A stretch of 64,000 nucleotides of DNA from a virus (Duplodnaviria; Caudoviricetes), in IMG/VR virus record IMGVR_UViG_2814123113_000001, positions 31,666 through 95,665 of that record; one strand, given 5' to 3'. This document shows positions 18,131 to 27,257 of this stretch, piece after piece. Position numbers and translations under genes: made by a program. Each line of letters begins with the position of its first letter. The stretch's first letter is position 1. Under the pieces are notes generated by a model, which ran no database searches, was not told where the DNA came from, and saw nothing but the letters and a program-made list of their open reading frames with translations.

Positions 18131-19777
18131 ATGACCATGCGCGTTGCGATCTACGCCCGATATTCCGATGACAAGCAAAACCCCGGCTCGATCGCTGACC
18201 AGCTCGCGCTCTGCCGTCGTCATGCGCGGGCGCGCGGCTGGACGATCATCAACGAATACACCGACGCGGCGATCTCGGCCGATCTGCTGGTCACCCGGCC
18301 GGGCGCTCAGGCCCTGCTACGCGCGGCCGAGACCGGAGCCTTCGACCTGATCCTGGTCGAGCACCAGGACCGCCTGTTCCGGAACCTCGCCGAGAACGCG
18401 ACCGCCTTCAAACGCCTGACCTATTTTGGCGTCGGCATCGCGACCCTGGCCAAGGATCGCCTCCAGTTGATGGACATCGCGATCGAAGGCCTGATGTCCG
18501 AGCTGTACCTTCAGAACCTTTCGGACAAGACCAAGCGCGGCATGCACTCGAACGGCGAGAAGGGCCTTTCGATGGGCGGCCGCGTCTATGGCTACCGCTC
18601 CACGCCCGGCGGCGAGATGACGATTGTCGAGGATGAGGCGGCGATCGTACGAACGGCGTTCGGGCTCTACAACGAGGGCTGGAGCTGCCGCGACATCGCC
18701 GACCACTTCAATAAGGGCGACACACCCGGCCCGACGGGAGGCCTCTGGAACGCCTCGGCTTTCAGCGGATCGCGGCAGCGCGGGAACGGCATCCTGCGGT
18801 GCGAGCTGTATGTCGGCGTCAAGGTCTGGAACCGGTTCGATAAGAGCAAGGACCCCGACACTGGTAAGCGCGTGCAGACGATCAAGCCCGAGGGCGAGTG
18901 GAAACGAACGCCGGTTCCGCAGCTCCGGATCATCGACGACGCGACCTGGTCTACCGCCCAAGAACGGCTGGCCATCACGTCGGAGACCAAGCCCAGCACC
19001 CTGGCCAATCAGGCTAAGCCCGGCGTCTTCACCGGGCTGCTCAAGTGCGGCGCCTGCGGTGAGAACTACATCGTCGCGGGCCGCGCCCGGCTGCAATGCA
19101 GCACGATCCGGAACAAGGGCCGCCACGCGTGCGCCAATGGCCGCACGGTCGGCCGGGCCGCAGTCGAAGACCGCATCCTGACCGGCCTGAAAGATCGCCT
19201 GCTTAGCCCCGAGGCCGCCGCGATCTATGTCCGCGCCTATCACGAGCGCTGGAAGGCCAACGCCGGCGATCGGCGAGCCCGCCGCGCGCCGCTTGAACGT
19301 CGCCTCGCCGAGACCCAGCGCAGGATCGACCGCGCGCTGAACGCCATCCTCGACGGCTACGCCAGCGCCGACCTAAAAACGCGCCTGCAGAGTCTAGAGG
19401 ATGAGCGCGACGCCCTTAAGCACGAGCTGGCCAGCATCGGCGACGACGATCCGATCACGCTGCATCCCGGCCTCGCCGACGTCTATGCGCAGCGGATCAG
19501 CGACCTTCAGGAGAGGCTCGCGGCGTACACCAAGGGCAAGCCCTCGCCCAAGGACCGCCAAGCCATCGCGGCCGCCCGCGCCCTAGTCGATCGCATCGAA
19601 ATCATGCCGACGTCTCACGCGCGCGGCGCGCACGTCGAGATCACCCTGTTCGGGGACCTCGCGCGCTTCCTACGTCCTGACCTCAACGAGGCTCAATGTA
19701 TGAGCCTGCTGGTGGCGGGGGCGGTGTGCAAATCGGAACCCACTTCTGTTCTGGGTCTGGTCCGCGTGGCGGTTTAG
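18131..19777 (+). CDS. int: large serine integrase
   Basis: VAIYARYS, DRLFR, YGYR, recombinase domain, zinc ribbon CGACG...C. Confidence 0.95.
   Translation: MTMRVAIYARYSDDKQNPGSIADQLALCRRHARARGWTIINEYTDAAISADLLVTRPGAQALLRAAETGAFDLILVEHQDRLFRNLAENATAFKRLTYFGVGIATLAKDRLQLMDIAIEGLMSELYLQNLSDKTKRGMHSNGEKGLSMGGRVYGYRSTPGGEMTIVEDEAAIVRTAFGLYNEGWSCRDIADHFNKGDTPGPTGGLWNASAFSGSRQRGNGILRCELYVGVKVWNRFDKSKDPDTGKRVQTIKPEGEWKRTPVPQLRIIDDATWSTAQERLAITSETKPSTLANQAKPGVFTGLLKCGACGENYIVAGRARLQCSTIRNKGRHACANGRTVGRAAVEDRILTGLKDRLLSPEAAAIYVRAYHERWKANAGDRRARRAPLERRLAETQRRIDRALNAILDGYASADLKTRLQSLEDERDALKHELASIGDDDPITLHPGLADVYAQRISDLQERLAAYTKGKPSPKDRQAIAAARALVDRIEIMPTSHARGAHVEITLFGDLARFLRPDLNEAQCMSLLVAGAVCKSEPTSVLGLVRVAV
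19710..19745. other. att junction between prophages 1 and 2
   Basis: TGGTGGCGGGGG (tRNA-3'-end-like) followed by AATCGGAACCCACTT, the exact inverse of 63943-63957. Confidence 0.85.
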
Positions 19778-19783
19778 GTACGG

Positions 19784-19818
19784 AAAAGCCCCGCCAGCGC
19801 GAGCCGGCGGGGCTTTTT
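19784..19818. terminator. bidirectional intrinsic terminator
   Basis: AAAAGCCCCGCC...GGCGGGGCTTTTT between convergent genes. Confidence 0.85.
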
Positions 19819-19882
19819 GTTGGAGCGCTCAAGCCGAGAAGGCGAGCACCTAGTAGCAATGATCGGCCCGGCCGACGCCGGG

Positions 19883-20227
19883 CTAGGGTCGTTTTCGGCT
19901 TTCGGGCGGGGGCGTACAGCGCGCCTGGCCCTGCTCGAGTCGGCGCCAGCCGCGCCGCGCCCAGGCCGGCCAGTCGGTCTCACGCCACTGCAGGAAGGCG
20001 ACGGCCGCCTCGTCGCCCAGGGCCGCGACGATCGCCTGATAGACCAGATCCCGATCAACGCCGGCGGGCGGCAGAGGCTCAGCCTCGAGGGGCGCGCAGA
20101 TCGCCGCCGGCGGAGGATCCGGCGCGGCCGGGCTTGAATGCGTCGACTTCCCAGGCCTGCCGGTAGTCGAGCACGCCGCCAGCAGCAGGCTGACGGCCAG
20201 GAACGGCAGCAGTCGGTGTTTTCGCAT
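19883..20227 (-). CDS. o-spanin (Rz1-like lipoprotein)
   Basis: MRKHRLLPFLAVSLLLAAC lipobox; Pro-rich; overlaps the i-spanin gene. Confidence 0.8.
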   Translation of the reverse strand: MRKHRLLPFLAVSLLLAACSTTGRPGKSTHSSPAAPDPPPAAICAPLEAEPLPPAGVDRDLVYQAIVAALGDEAAVAFLQWRETDWPAWARRGWRRLEQGQARCTPPPESRKRP

Positions 20228-20513
20228 GGTTGATCGCGCGGCCGACGGCCACGCCCTTCTGAAAGCTGCTGGAGATCTCGGCGGCGCAGGACCTGTCGGC
20301 CTGGCCCCGATCGTCGGCTTCGCCGGCGGCACGGTCCAGGATCTGGCGATCGCGGTCCGCGACGTCGCGGCGGAGGTTGTATTCAATGGCCGCCTGGTCC
20401 TTGGCCGCCAGGCGCGCTGTCACCAGCTGGTCATGCTGGCGCAAGACCAGGAGGCCAAGCGCGATCGCCAGCGCCCAGGGCGCGGCGCGCAGCGCCATGC
20501 CGGAGGCGATCAT
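20079..20513 (-). CDS. i-spanin (Rz-like)
   Basis: N-terminal TM helix plus coiled coil; follows the endolysin. Confidence 0.7.
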   Translation of the reverse strand: MIASGMALRAAPWALAIALGLLVLRQHDQLVTARLAAKDQAAIEYNLRRDVADRDRQILDRAAGEADDRGQADRSCAAEISSSFQKGVAVGRAINHAKTPTAAVPGRQPAAGGVLDYRQAWEVDAFKPGRAGSSAGGDLRAPRG

Positions 20514-20956
20514 CGGCGCACCTCGAGCAGACCGTCGCGCGGGCCTTTGCCGTCGATCGTCAGCAGCTCGCCGCGCCGGCGCGGATCAAAGCTGATGTGG
20601 ACCCACACGCCATGCTCATGGATCAGCTGGTCAAAGCTGATCGTCGACCGCGCCAGCCAGTCGGCCACCTGCAGGGGCGAACCGAAGCCCGGGCAGACGA
20701 AGTCGACCGCCCAGCCCTGGCTGTGCGCAGAGGCCTTGGCGGCGCCCGGCGTCTTGGCGTTCAACGCCGGCGAGCGGTAGCAGCTGGTGATGGTGATCGG
20801 CTTGCCGCCCAGGCGCTCGCGAACGCGCTCCATCTGAGCGGCGACCACCTTCAGGCGGGCGATGATGTCGGGGGGCGGGGTGTTGTCGATGCGCTCGCGC
20901 TTGGCGCGGGCGCTGACCGTCATTTCGGCCAGCGTGAAATGCGCGCTCATCTGCAT
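20510..20956 (-). CDS. endolysin, peptidase M15 family
   Basis: HFTLAEM, SCYRSPALN, SAHSQGWAVDF, WVHIS. Confidence 0.9.
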   Translation of the reverse strand: MQMSAHFTLAEMTVSARAKRERIDNTPPPDIIARLKVVAAQMERVRERLGGKPITITSCYRSPALNAKTPGAAKASAHSQGWAVDFVCPGFGSPLQVADWLARSTISFDQLIHEHGVWVHISFDPRRRGELLTIDGKGPRDGLLEVRR

Positions 20957-21015
20957 GGCGCGGTCTCCTGGGTTAGGTTATCGGGAGCTGAAGGCGGTGA
21001 TCGCCCGACCGGTCT

Positions 21016-21405
21016 TTAGACCTTGGCCAAGTACTCAGGATCGTCGAGCAGGGCTTGGGTGTTTCGCTGGACCTGGCCTAACTGATTGACCAGGTCTGTG
21101 GCGCGCGGATCCCCCGGCAGGCTGTCGAGCTCCCGCATCAGGCTGTAGAACTTCCGCGCCAGCGGATGACTTTCAAGCCGGAAGAGCTCGATCTTTGTTC
21201 CCTTGCGCCGATAGGGGAAGCCGATCGCCTGGCCGATCCGCTCGCGCGCATCCTCGCAGTCTTGCGCCTCTTCCGCGCTGGCGTGGTCATGGTCACACCC
21301 CACAACAAAGACACCGCCGGCGTCACTTTCCGCCGTGAGATGCCAAAGCCCGGAAGGCTCGCCGGCTTCGTTCTTCCGCTCGAGGGGCTGACAGATCCAG
21401 GTCAT
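21016..21405 (-). CDS. hypothetical protein inserted in the lysis module
   Basis: ORF with CDHDH motif and its own upstream intergenic region. Confidence 0.6.
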   Translation of the reverse strand: MTWICQPLERKNEAGEPSGLWHLTAESDAGGVFVVGCDHDHASAEEAQDCEDARERIGQAIGFPYRRKGTKIELFRLESHPLARKFYSLMRELDSLPGDPRATDLVNQLGQVQRNTQALLDDPEYLAKV

Positions 21406-21443
21406 GGACAGGCCTTGTATTGATGTTGACGGGAAAAGAGCGA

Positions 21444-21460
21444 TGCGAACGCCGTTCGCA
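21444..21460. promoter_or_regulatory. dispersed palindrome TGCGAACGSCGTTCGCA, first of 9 copies in prophage 2
   Basis: Other copies start at 26646, 30881, 35462, 40754, 45310, 50044, 57436 and 58412 (the last has C in place of the first T). Confidence 0.85.
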
Positions 21461-21468
21461 CGCGAGGC

Positions 21469-21834
21469 TTAGAAGCCGCGCCGCCGGCGTCGATCGACAG
21501 TCAGAGCGCGGGTGATGGCGGTGGCGTCGATGTCGATCGCGCCGACGTGGATCCGGCTGTCGATCTTGCCGTCCAGGCCGTCCGCGTGGCGCAGGATCTT
21601 GGGCCCATAGGTCGACCACAGGAACACGGCCAGGCCGGCCAGCATGATCAGATCGCCCCAGCTGGGCGGGTGACCGCTGAACCGCGGAATCGCGGCCAGC
21701 ACCATGCCGGCTGCGAAAAGCGCCAGGCCCAGGCGCTGGGCGCGGCCCAGCAGGCCGCCCCAGCCCAGCAGCAGCAGACAGACCGTCGCGATCAAGATCC
21801 CCGCCGCGACGATGGAAAGGCCCAGGACGATCAT
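21469..21834 (-). CDS. membrane protein (holin/antiholin-like)
   Basis: Three hydrophobic segments; basic C-terminus. Confidence 0.65.
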   Translation of the reverse strand: MIVLGLSIVAAGILIATVCLLLLGWGGLLGRAQRLGLALFAAGMVLAAIPRFSGHPPSWGDLIMLAGLAVFLWSTYGPKILRHADGLDGKIDSRIHVGAIDIDATAITRALTVDRRRRRGF

Positions 21835-21837
21835 GGC

Positions 21838-22215
21838 TTAAGCCTCCCCGCCGCCGATCCGCAGGCCGCCGACCTCAAACTTGATCAGCTTCAGCGGATC
21901 GCCCGCATACTTCGCCGCCGCCTGGGCCAAGCCCGCCAGCACGATCATGCCGAACAGGCCCGTCAGGAACGAGAAGGCGCTGCCGAACTCGCCCGGCAGC
22001 TTGCCCCAGGGCCACACGGCCCCCAGGCCCGCCACGATCGCCGGCGCGACCCACAGCGCGCTGGCCAGGCCGCCCAGGACGCTCAGCGCCTTGCCCCGCA
22101 CCGTCAGCTTTTCGCCGAACGCCAGCGACAGCACCGCGCCGGCGACGCCGGGCGCGTAGGGCGTGAGCTTGCCCAACACCGCAATCAGTTGCGGATCCCC
22201 TGAATTGTCGGCCAT
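21838..22215 (-). CDS. putative holin
   Basis: About three TM segments; upstream of the endolysin. Confidence 0.7.
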   Translation of the reverse strand: MADNSGDPQLIAVLGKLTPYAPGVAGAVLSLAFGEKLTVRGKALSVLGGLASALWVAPAIVAGLGAVWPWGKLPGEFGSAFSFLTGLFGMIVLAGLAQAAAKYAGDPLKLIKFEVGGLRIGGGEA

Positions 22216-22271
22216 CGGCCGCCCCTCCTTAAGCTGAAAACAGCGCCGCCATGGGCGCAAAGGCGTTCGGG

Positions 22272-22730
22272 CTAGTTGCCGAGCGCCTGCAGCCAGGGCC
22301 CCGGAAACCAGTTGCCGCGATGATCGTGCGCGCCGCCTCGCGCGTGACCCTCTTCGTGACGGCGCAGCGCCGCGCAGACAGGACCGATACGCCCCAAGGA
22401 CGGATCGCAGTCGCGCGAGATCAGGATTTCGTCGGTCGCCGGGTCATAGCAAGCGACCACGCGCCGAGGCGGCGGTAGCTGGCCAAGCCGACGCTCGCAC
22501 GCCCGGCCCGCGTCATTCAGGTAAAGCCAGCGCGCCGTGTAAGGCCCGGCGTCCCAACGGGGCGGCGGCGCGGATGCTAGATCACCCGCAACAGCCGCCC
22601 CAGGACAACCCAGAGCGCCAGCGATAAGACAGCAGCCAACAACAGCCCAGAGGGCGGCCTGATTCGCATAGCGTCCCGCTTTTCCGGTCTTCATTCCCGG
22701 AATATTGGGATTACAGCCCGCTTTTAGCAA
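22272..22730 (-). CDS. putative exported protein with HEXXH motif (start uncertain)
   Basis: Signal-like segment; RRHEEGH. Confidence 0.5.
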   Translation of the reverse strand: MLKAGCNPNIPGMKTGKAGRYANQAALWAVVGCCLIAGALGCPGAAVAGDLASAPPPRWDAGPYTARWLYLNDAGRACERRLGQLPPPRRVVACYDPATDEILISRDCDPSLGRIGPVCAALRRHEEGHARGGAHDHRGNWFPGPWLQALGN

Positions 22731-22758
22731 TAGCGCCGTCAGGCGCTACCCTGACGGC

Positions 22759-22962
22759 ATGGTCACCGACTGGTCTGAAGTCGCGCGCAACACCCTGCGC
22801 GCCGAAATGGTTCGCAAGGGCGTCACAACGGCCGAACTGGCGCGTCGCATAGGCGAGGTCGAAAAAACGGTCGCCAACAAGATCAGCGGCGGCAAGTTCG
22901 GCGCAGCGTGGTTGCTGATGTGCCTGGCCGCGATCGGGGCCAAGCGGATCGAACTGGACTAG
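22759..22962 (+). CDS. small HTH regulator (DUF6471-like)
   Basis: LRAEMVRKGVTTAELARRIG...VANKISGGKFGAAWL. Confidence 0.7.
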   Translation: MVTDWSEVARNTLRAEMVRKGVTTAELARRIGEVEKTVANKISGGKFGAAWLLMCLAAIGAKRIELD

Positions 22963-23276
22963 GCCGCCTCAGACCAGAGCCCCGGCAAGGCCGCGATGGC
23001 CGTCGCCTCGTCGGGAAACAGCAACAGGGCCGTCAGAGCCCAGCGGCCATCTTCCCCCCGCCAATCGCCCGCAAACACCCGCGTCGGCGTCGCGGGCTCG
23101 GGATCGACCTCATAGCCCGCCGCCCCGGCCGGCATGGCCGACCGCGCGACATTCAGGTGATAGCCGACCCGGCCGCCGATGACCGGGCGCTCGCCGGTCA
23201 CCGGATCGGCCGGGCCATAGATCGGCACGGCGATGGGCCCGTCGACCAGGGCTGGGTTCCACGTCAAAGCGGTCAT
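22959..23276 (-). CDS. tail fibre-associated small protein
   Basis: Coupled to the fibre gene; GYHLNV motif. Confidence 0.6.
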   Translation of the reverse strand: MTALTWNPALVDGPIAVPIYGPADPVTGERPVIGGRVGYHLNVARSAMPAGAAGYEVDPEPATPTRVFAGDWRGEDGRWALTALLLFPDEATAIAALPGLWSEAA

Positions 23277-24493
23277 GCCGCCCTCCCAAGCTGAGTATCG
23301 TCGAGCGCGCCGTAGAGGATCACGCTACGAATAATCCCGTCGGCGGGTGTCAGCCCGCCACTGCGATGGCCGATATCCAGCCGATCGAACGGACCGGCCG
23401 GGGCCGTGGTCGAGCCCGCGAAGACGGTACCGTCCCAAGCCGTTTTGACCGACCCGTCCGCCAGCTCGCGCACCGCGCCTCGCAGGATGCGCGCGCCGGG
23501 TCGGGTGGCGCTGGTGCCGGTGATGACCCCGCCACCGTCCGACGCGCGGGCCGTACCGCCGGCCGACCTTTCCAGCGTGATCCGGCCGCCTGCCGTCTGC
23601 GCCAGCGACGCAAAGGTCTGCGTCGCAACCTGGCCAAGATCGCCCAGGGCTTCGAGCGCGACAGACAAGCTCACCGGCAAGGTCAGCGCCGAGGCGAGAT
23701 TGACCAAAGGCACGTCGCCCGCCCGCGTAACTGCCGCGCCGTTGGTCGGGATCGGCGAGCTGACAACCGCACCCTCCTCGAGCTGCGGAAGAATGACGTA
23801 GACGCTAGAGCCCGAGTTGATCGAAAGAGCAAAGACCCGGGCGGTAGAAACGGGCGATGCTGTTGCGGTCTGGCGCACATAGCCCGACGTCAGGCTGAAA
23901 GACGTACCGATATTCTCGCCGCCAATCGACGTTCTAAAGCGCGCCGCCCCCGAACCGCGAACGTAGGCCGACCACGTGTGAGGGTTGGTGTTGGCCACCG
24001 GGCCGGTTATCGAAAGAAACGCCGTCGATACCCCGAGGCTGTTGTCAACGAAGAAAACCTTGCCTCCGGTGACGACGCCAGAGAGCCCAGCGGCTTCCAG
24101 TGCGGCAACGTCATCGACAAGTTGCAGAGTGGCCGCCGCATCGCCCCCCATTGACACGCCAGCGGTCACCGTCGGGTTGGCGTTGTTGATACCAACCCTG
24201 TTCGTCCGCGCGCCCTCGACCAACAGCCCACGATCCGTGATCCGTGGCGCACCGGCCGGGAACTGGATCAGCTTGCCGCCGCTGTCGTCGAACAGACCCA
24301 CCGACGCCCGCGAAAACGACCAGCCCGGCACCTTCTCCGGGCTGGCGTAGCGCGTGCCGCGATACCAGTAGTAGGGCCGCCCACCGGTGCGGGCGCCCTG
24401 AAAGTCCATGATGAGCTGCGCGCCCATCTGGATCTCGGCGAGATACGGCGCTTCCTGGCGCAGCGCCGTGCCGACCGCTCCGGTGATCGCCAT
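23273..24493 (-). CDS. fibre/spike protein with lectin-like domains
   Basis: FSRAS...PRITDRGLLVEGARTN...QLEEG...SSPIPT...VTRA pattern. Confidence 0.7.
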   Translation of the reverse strand: MAITGAVGTALRQEAPYLAEIQMGAQLIMDFQGARTGGRPYYWYRGTRYASPEKVPGWSFSRASVGLFDDSGGKLIQFPAGAPRITDRGLLVEGARTNRVGINNANPTVTAGVSMGGDAAATLQLVDDVAALEAAGLSGVVTGGKVFFVDNSLGVSTAFLSITGPVANTNPHTWSAYVRGSGAARFRTSIGGENIGTSFSLTSGYVRQTATASPVSTARVFALSINSGSSVYVILPQLEEGAVVSSPIPTNGAAVTRAGDVPLVNLASALTLPVSLSVALEALGDLGQVATQTFASLAQTAGGRITLERSAGGTARASDGGGVITGTSATRPGARILRGAVRELADGSVKTAWDGTVFAGSTTAPAGPFDRLDIGHRSGGLTPADGIIRSVILYGALDDTQLGRAA

Positions 24494-24496
24494 GGC

Positions 24497-25084
24497 TTAG
24501 ACCACCAGGTCCAGCTCGATGACGAACTTTTCGCCCGAGACGGCGGCGAAGCCGTCCAGCGTCGACAGCACCAGCGTCAGCACGCCGTCGGCCGGATCGA
24601 CCGGTACGCCCTGCGGGTTGCTGAGCACGCCGGCATATTCCAGGCAGTTCGACCCGGCCGCCGCGCCCGAAATCGGGTTGGCGAAGTCGATCCAGCCCCG
24701 GCGCGAGGCGCGGTTCGCATAGACCAGCGGCGCCGGGTCATTGTCGGCCGCCGGCAGCGAGGCGGGCAGCGCATCGTTCACGATCGCCCGAAAGCGCACG
24801 CTGGCGTTGCTGGTCTGGTCGCGGATCAGGCGGGCGGCGACGATCAGGCCCGACGGGATGCCGGCGGCCTTGATGTCGAACTGAAACTTGACGTCGCCCG
24901 CCGCGCCGATCGCGTCGCCCGCGATATAGGCGGTCGTGTTGGCGGGCCTCGTGACCTCGCGCTGCAGGGCGACCACTTCGGAGTGGTGAACCGGGCGGTT
25001 GACGCCATCGGTCGGGGTGCGAACCGCCATCGGCGTCGGGAGGCCGGCGGCGTCGAGCATGTTCTTCGATTGCATCACGGACAT
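24497..25084 (-). CDS. putative virion protein
   Basis: AGGAG RBS; position in the tail operon. Confidence 0.6.
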   Translation of the reverse strand: MSVMQSKNMLDAAGLPTPMAVRTPTDGVNRPVHHSEVVALQREVTRPANTTAYIAGDAIGAAGDVKFQFDIKAAGIPSGLIVAARLIRDQTSNASVRFRAIVNDALPASLPAADNDPAPLVYANRASRRGWIDFANPISGAAAGSNCLEYAGVLSNPQGVPVDPADGVLTLVLSTLDGFAAVSGEKFVIELDLVV

Positions 25085-25099
25085 GGGTTCGGATCTCCT

Positions 25100-26593
25100 T
25101 TAGGCGAACCAGGCCAGCCACTGGCCAGAGGCCAGGGGGCTGTTGAAGGCGGGAAGGTTGATCGCGGGCGGCGCGGCGGCGCTCTCGCCGCCGGTCACCG
25201 CGAAGTTGTTGGGCGTGATCTGGCGGACCAGTTCGGTCGCCCAGGCCGTCGTCAGGCCGGTCTTGCCGGCCGGGCCGGTGACCACGGCGGGCGTTCCGGC
25301 CAGGGCCATGACGTACACGTCGCCGCCGCCGGCCTTCATGACCTCGACGCGATAGTTGGCCGCCAAGCCCGCCGGGACGTAGATGAAATTCAGGCCCTGC
25401 GAGGTGCAGGCGATCAGCTTGGCGTTGTCGCCCGCCGACAGCACGCGGCTCGACGCGGCTTCCTGCACCGTCTGGCCCGTGACGGCCGACAGCGCCGACA
25501 GCGCCGCCCCGACCGTGACGTTCGCCGAGGTCGCGGCGGCGTTGGCCGCGTCGGCCGCCGTGTTGGCGTCGCCGGTGGCGGCGTTGGCGGCGACCGTCGC
25601 GGCGGCGGCTTCGGTCGCCCTCTGGTCGGCCAGGGTCGCCTTGCCGTCCGCGAAGTTGGCCTTGGTGTTGGCCAGGGCGGCGGCGGTGTTGGCGGCGGCT
25701 GTGGCCGCGTCGGCCGCTTCCTTGGCCGCCTGCGCCGCCGAGGCCTTCTGATCGGCCAGGGTGGCCTTTTGGTCGGCCAGGGTCGCCTTGGCGTCGGCGA
25801 GCGCGGCTTTCTCGTTGGCGAGGTCGGCCGCGTCATCGGCGAGGCCCGCCTTGTCGTTGGCGTTGGTCGCCGCCGCATTGGCCGCCGCCGTGGCCGCGAC
25901 CGCTGCTGTCGTCGCGGCGATCACATTGGCCGTCGCCGCGCCGCCGAAATCGGCCGCGTCGTCGGGATCGGTGACCAGGCCGCCGTCACCGACCCAGGCG
26001 CCGACCGTCGGCTTGACGCCGCCGCCGCCCGCCCAGTCGATCACCTTCAGCAGGCGATGCGGCGGGTCGGTCGCATCGTCGGTGGCCAGCACGGGCGTCC
26101 AGCCGTTCCACCCCGCCGCGCCGCGCGTGCCGCGAACCACGCGGGCTTGGCCCGGGCCACGGATCACTGTCAGGGACGGGCCGCTCGAGGGCAGGGGAAG
26201 CGAGGCAAACGAGCCGCCGACCGAAAGCCCGGTCTGGATCCGCACGGTGGCGACAAACACCACTTCGGTCGTGCCGTCCGGACGGGTCCAGGACTGCTCG
26301 ACGTCATAGACGCCCTCGGGCCACGTCTGCAGCTGGGGCGCGCGGACGCGCGGGCCGACCAGGTTGGGCGCGGTCACCTGCAGGCTTCCGTCCTCGGTCG
26401 ACAGCAGGATGGGCTCCGCCGCCTGGCCCAGGACCGGCGCGCGGCGCTTGAGCGTCAGATAGTGGTCGTAGGCGGTGATGTCCTCGGCCTGGTCCGCGCC
26501 GTCGCCGGCGTCGAGGCGGAAGGCCACGTCGATCAACCAGTCGCCGTCCGTAAAGACGGTGTCCCAGGGTTCGCGAAGGGTCGCGGTGCTCAT
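25100..26593 (-). CDS. tail fibre protein with Ala-rich coiled coil
   Basis: Baseplate-upper-like N-terminus; KATLADQ heptad repeats. Confidence 0.7.
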   Translation of the reverse strand: MSTATLREPWDTVFTDGDWLIDVAFRLDAGDGADQAEDITAYDHYLTLKRRAPVLGQAAEPILLSTEDGSLQVTAPNLVGPRVRAPQLQTWPEGVYDVEQSWTRPDGTTEVVFVATVRIQTGLSVGGSFASLPLPSSGPSLTVIRGPGQARVVRGTRGAAGWNGWTPVLATDDATDPPHRLLKVIDWAGGGGVKPTVGAWVGDGGLVTDPDDAADFGGAATANVIAATTAAVAATAAANAAATNANDKAGLADDAADLANEKAALADAKATLADQKATLADQKASAAQAAKEAADAATAAANTAAALANTKANFADGKATLADQRATEAAAATVAANAATGDANTAADAANAAATSANVTVGAALSALSAVTGQTVQEAASSRVLSAGDNAKLIACTSQGLNFIYVPAGLAANYRVEVMKAGGGDVYVMALAGTPAVVTGPAGKTGLTTAWATELVRQITPNNFAVTGGESAAAPPAINLPAFNSPLASGQWLAWFA

Positions 26594-26670
26594 CAGGGGC
26601 TCCAGGCATAGGGGGTCGCGCGAGCGCCTGCGGGCGTCGCGGTGATGCGAACGGCGTTCGCATGGTTGGG

Positions 26671-27246
26671 TCAGGTCAGGTCGGGCACCGGGTAGTCGGC
26701 GAACCGCTGCGAAGCGGCCTCTTCCAGGCCGCCCGGAATGTCGGCGAGGTCGGGAACCGCTAGGCGAAAGACGCCCGTCCCGCGCCCGCTCGGCAGGGCG
26801 ATTTCGACCTGTTCGAGGTCATCCCATTCCGGCCGCCAGGCGAGCCGCGTGAAGGGGTCGCTTTCGAGCTGGTCTGTCAGGTCGGCGCGATGATCCGAGA
26901 AGCCGCAATAGCGCCCCGCCGGATCGAACAAGGCGACCTTGAGAGGGCGCGCCGCATAAGAGACGCGCTCTAGCTCGATGGCCTTTTCAACTGCCGAGGC
27001 CAGCCCGCCAAACATTTGAGCGAGCGCGGCCTGTCGATCAGCCTCGACCGCGCCCGCCGCGTCGATCGCGGTCAATAGGCCCGAAAAGGCCCGGGCGATA
27101 ACCTCTTGCAACCGGGCCGCCTCGGCGGCGGCCAGGCGCTCGCGGTCGGCCTCATCACGGGCCGCCAAGGCCGTCGCGACAGCCTCGGCGACCTTGGCTT
27201 CGATCAACGCATTGACCGAGGGCGGATCGGCTTGCTGCTCTTCCAT
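26671..27246 (-). CDS. hypothetical tail-region protein
   Basis: GGAGG RBS before MEEQQ. Confidence 0.6.
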   Translation of the reverse strand: MEEQQADPPSVNALIEAKVAEAVATALAARDEADRERLAAAEAARLQEVIARAFSGLLTAIDAAGAVEADRQAALAQMFGGLASAVEKAIELERVSYAARPLKVALFDPAGRYCGFSDHRADLTDQLESDPFTRLAWRPEWDDLEQVEIALPSGRGTGVFRLAVPDLADIPGGLEEAASQRFADYPVPDLT

Positions 27247-27257
27247 AGCCTCCCTCC

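Larger units (their letters stand above)
1..19721. mobile_element. Prophage 1 (right part; continues beyond the left edge)
   Basis: Divergent cro/cI pair, phage methyltransferases, translationally coupled early operon, terminal serine integrase running into a tRNA-3'-end-like att sequence. Confidence 0.9.
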
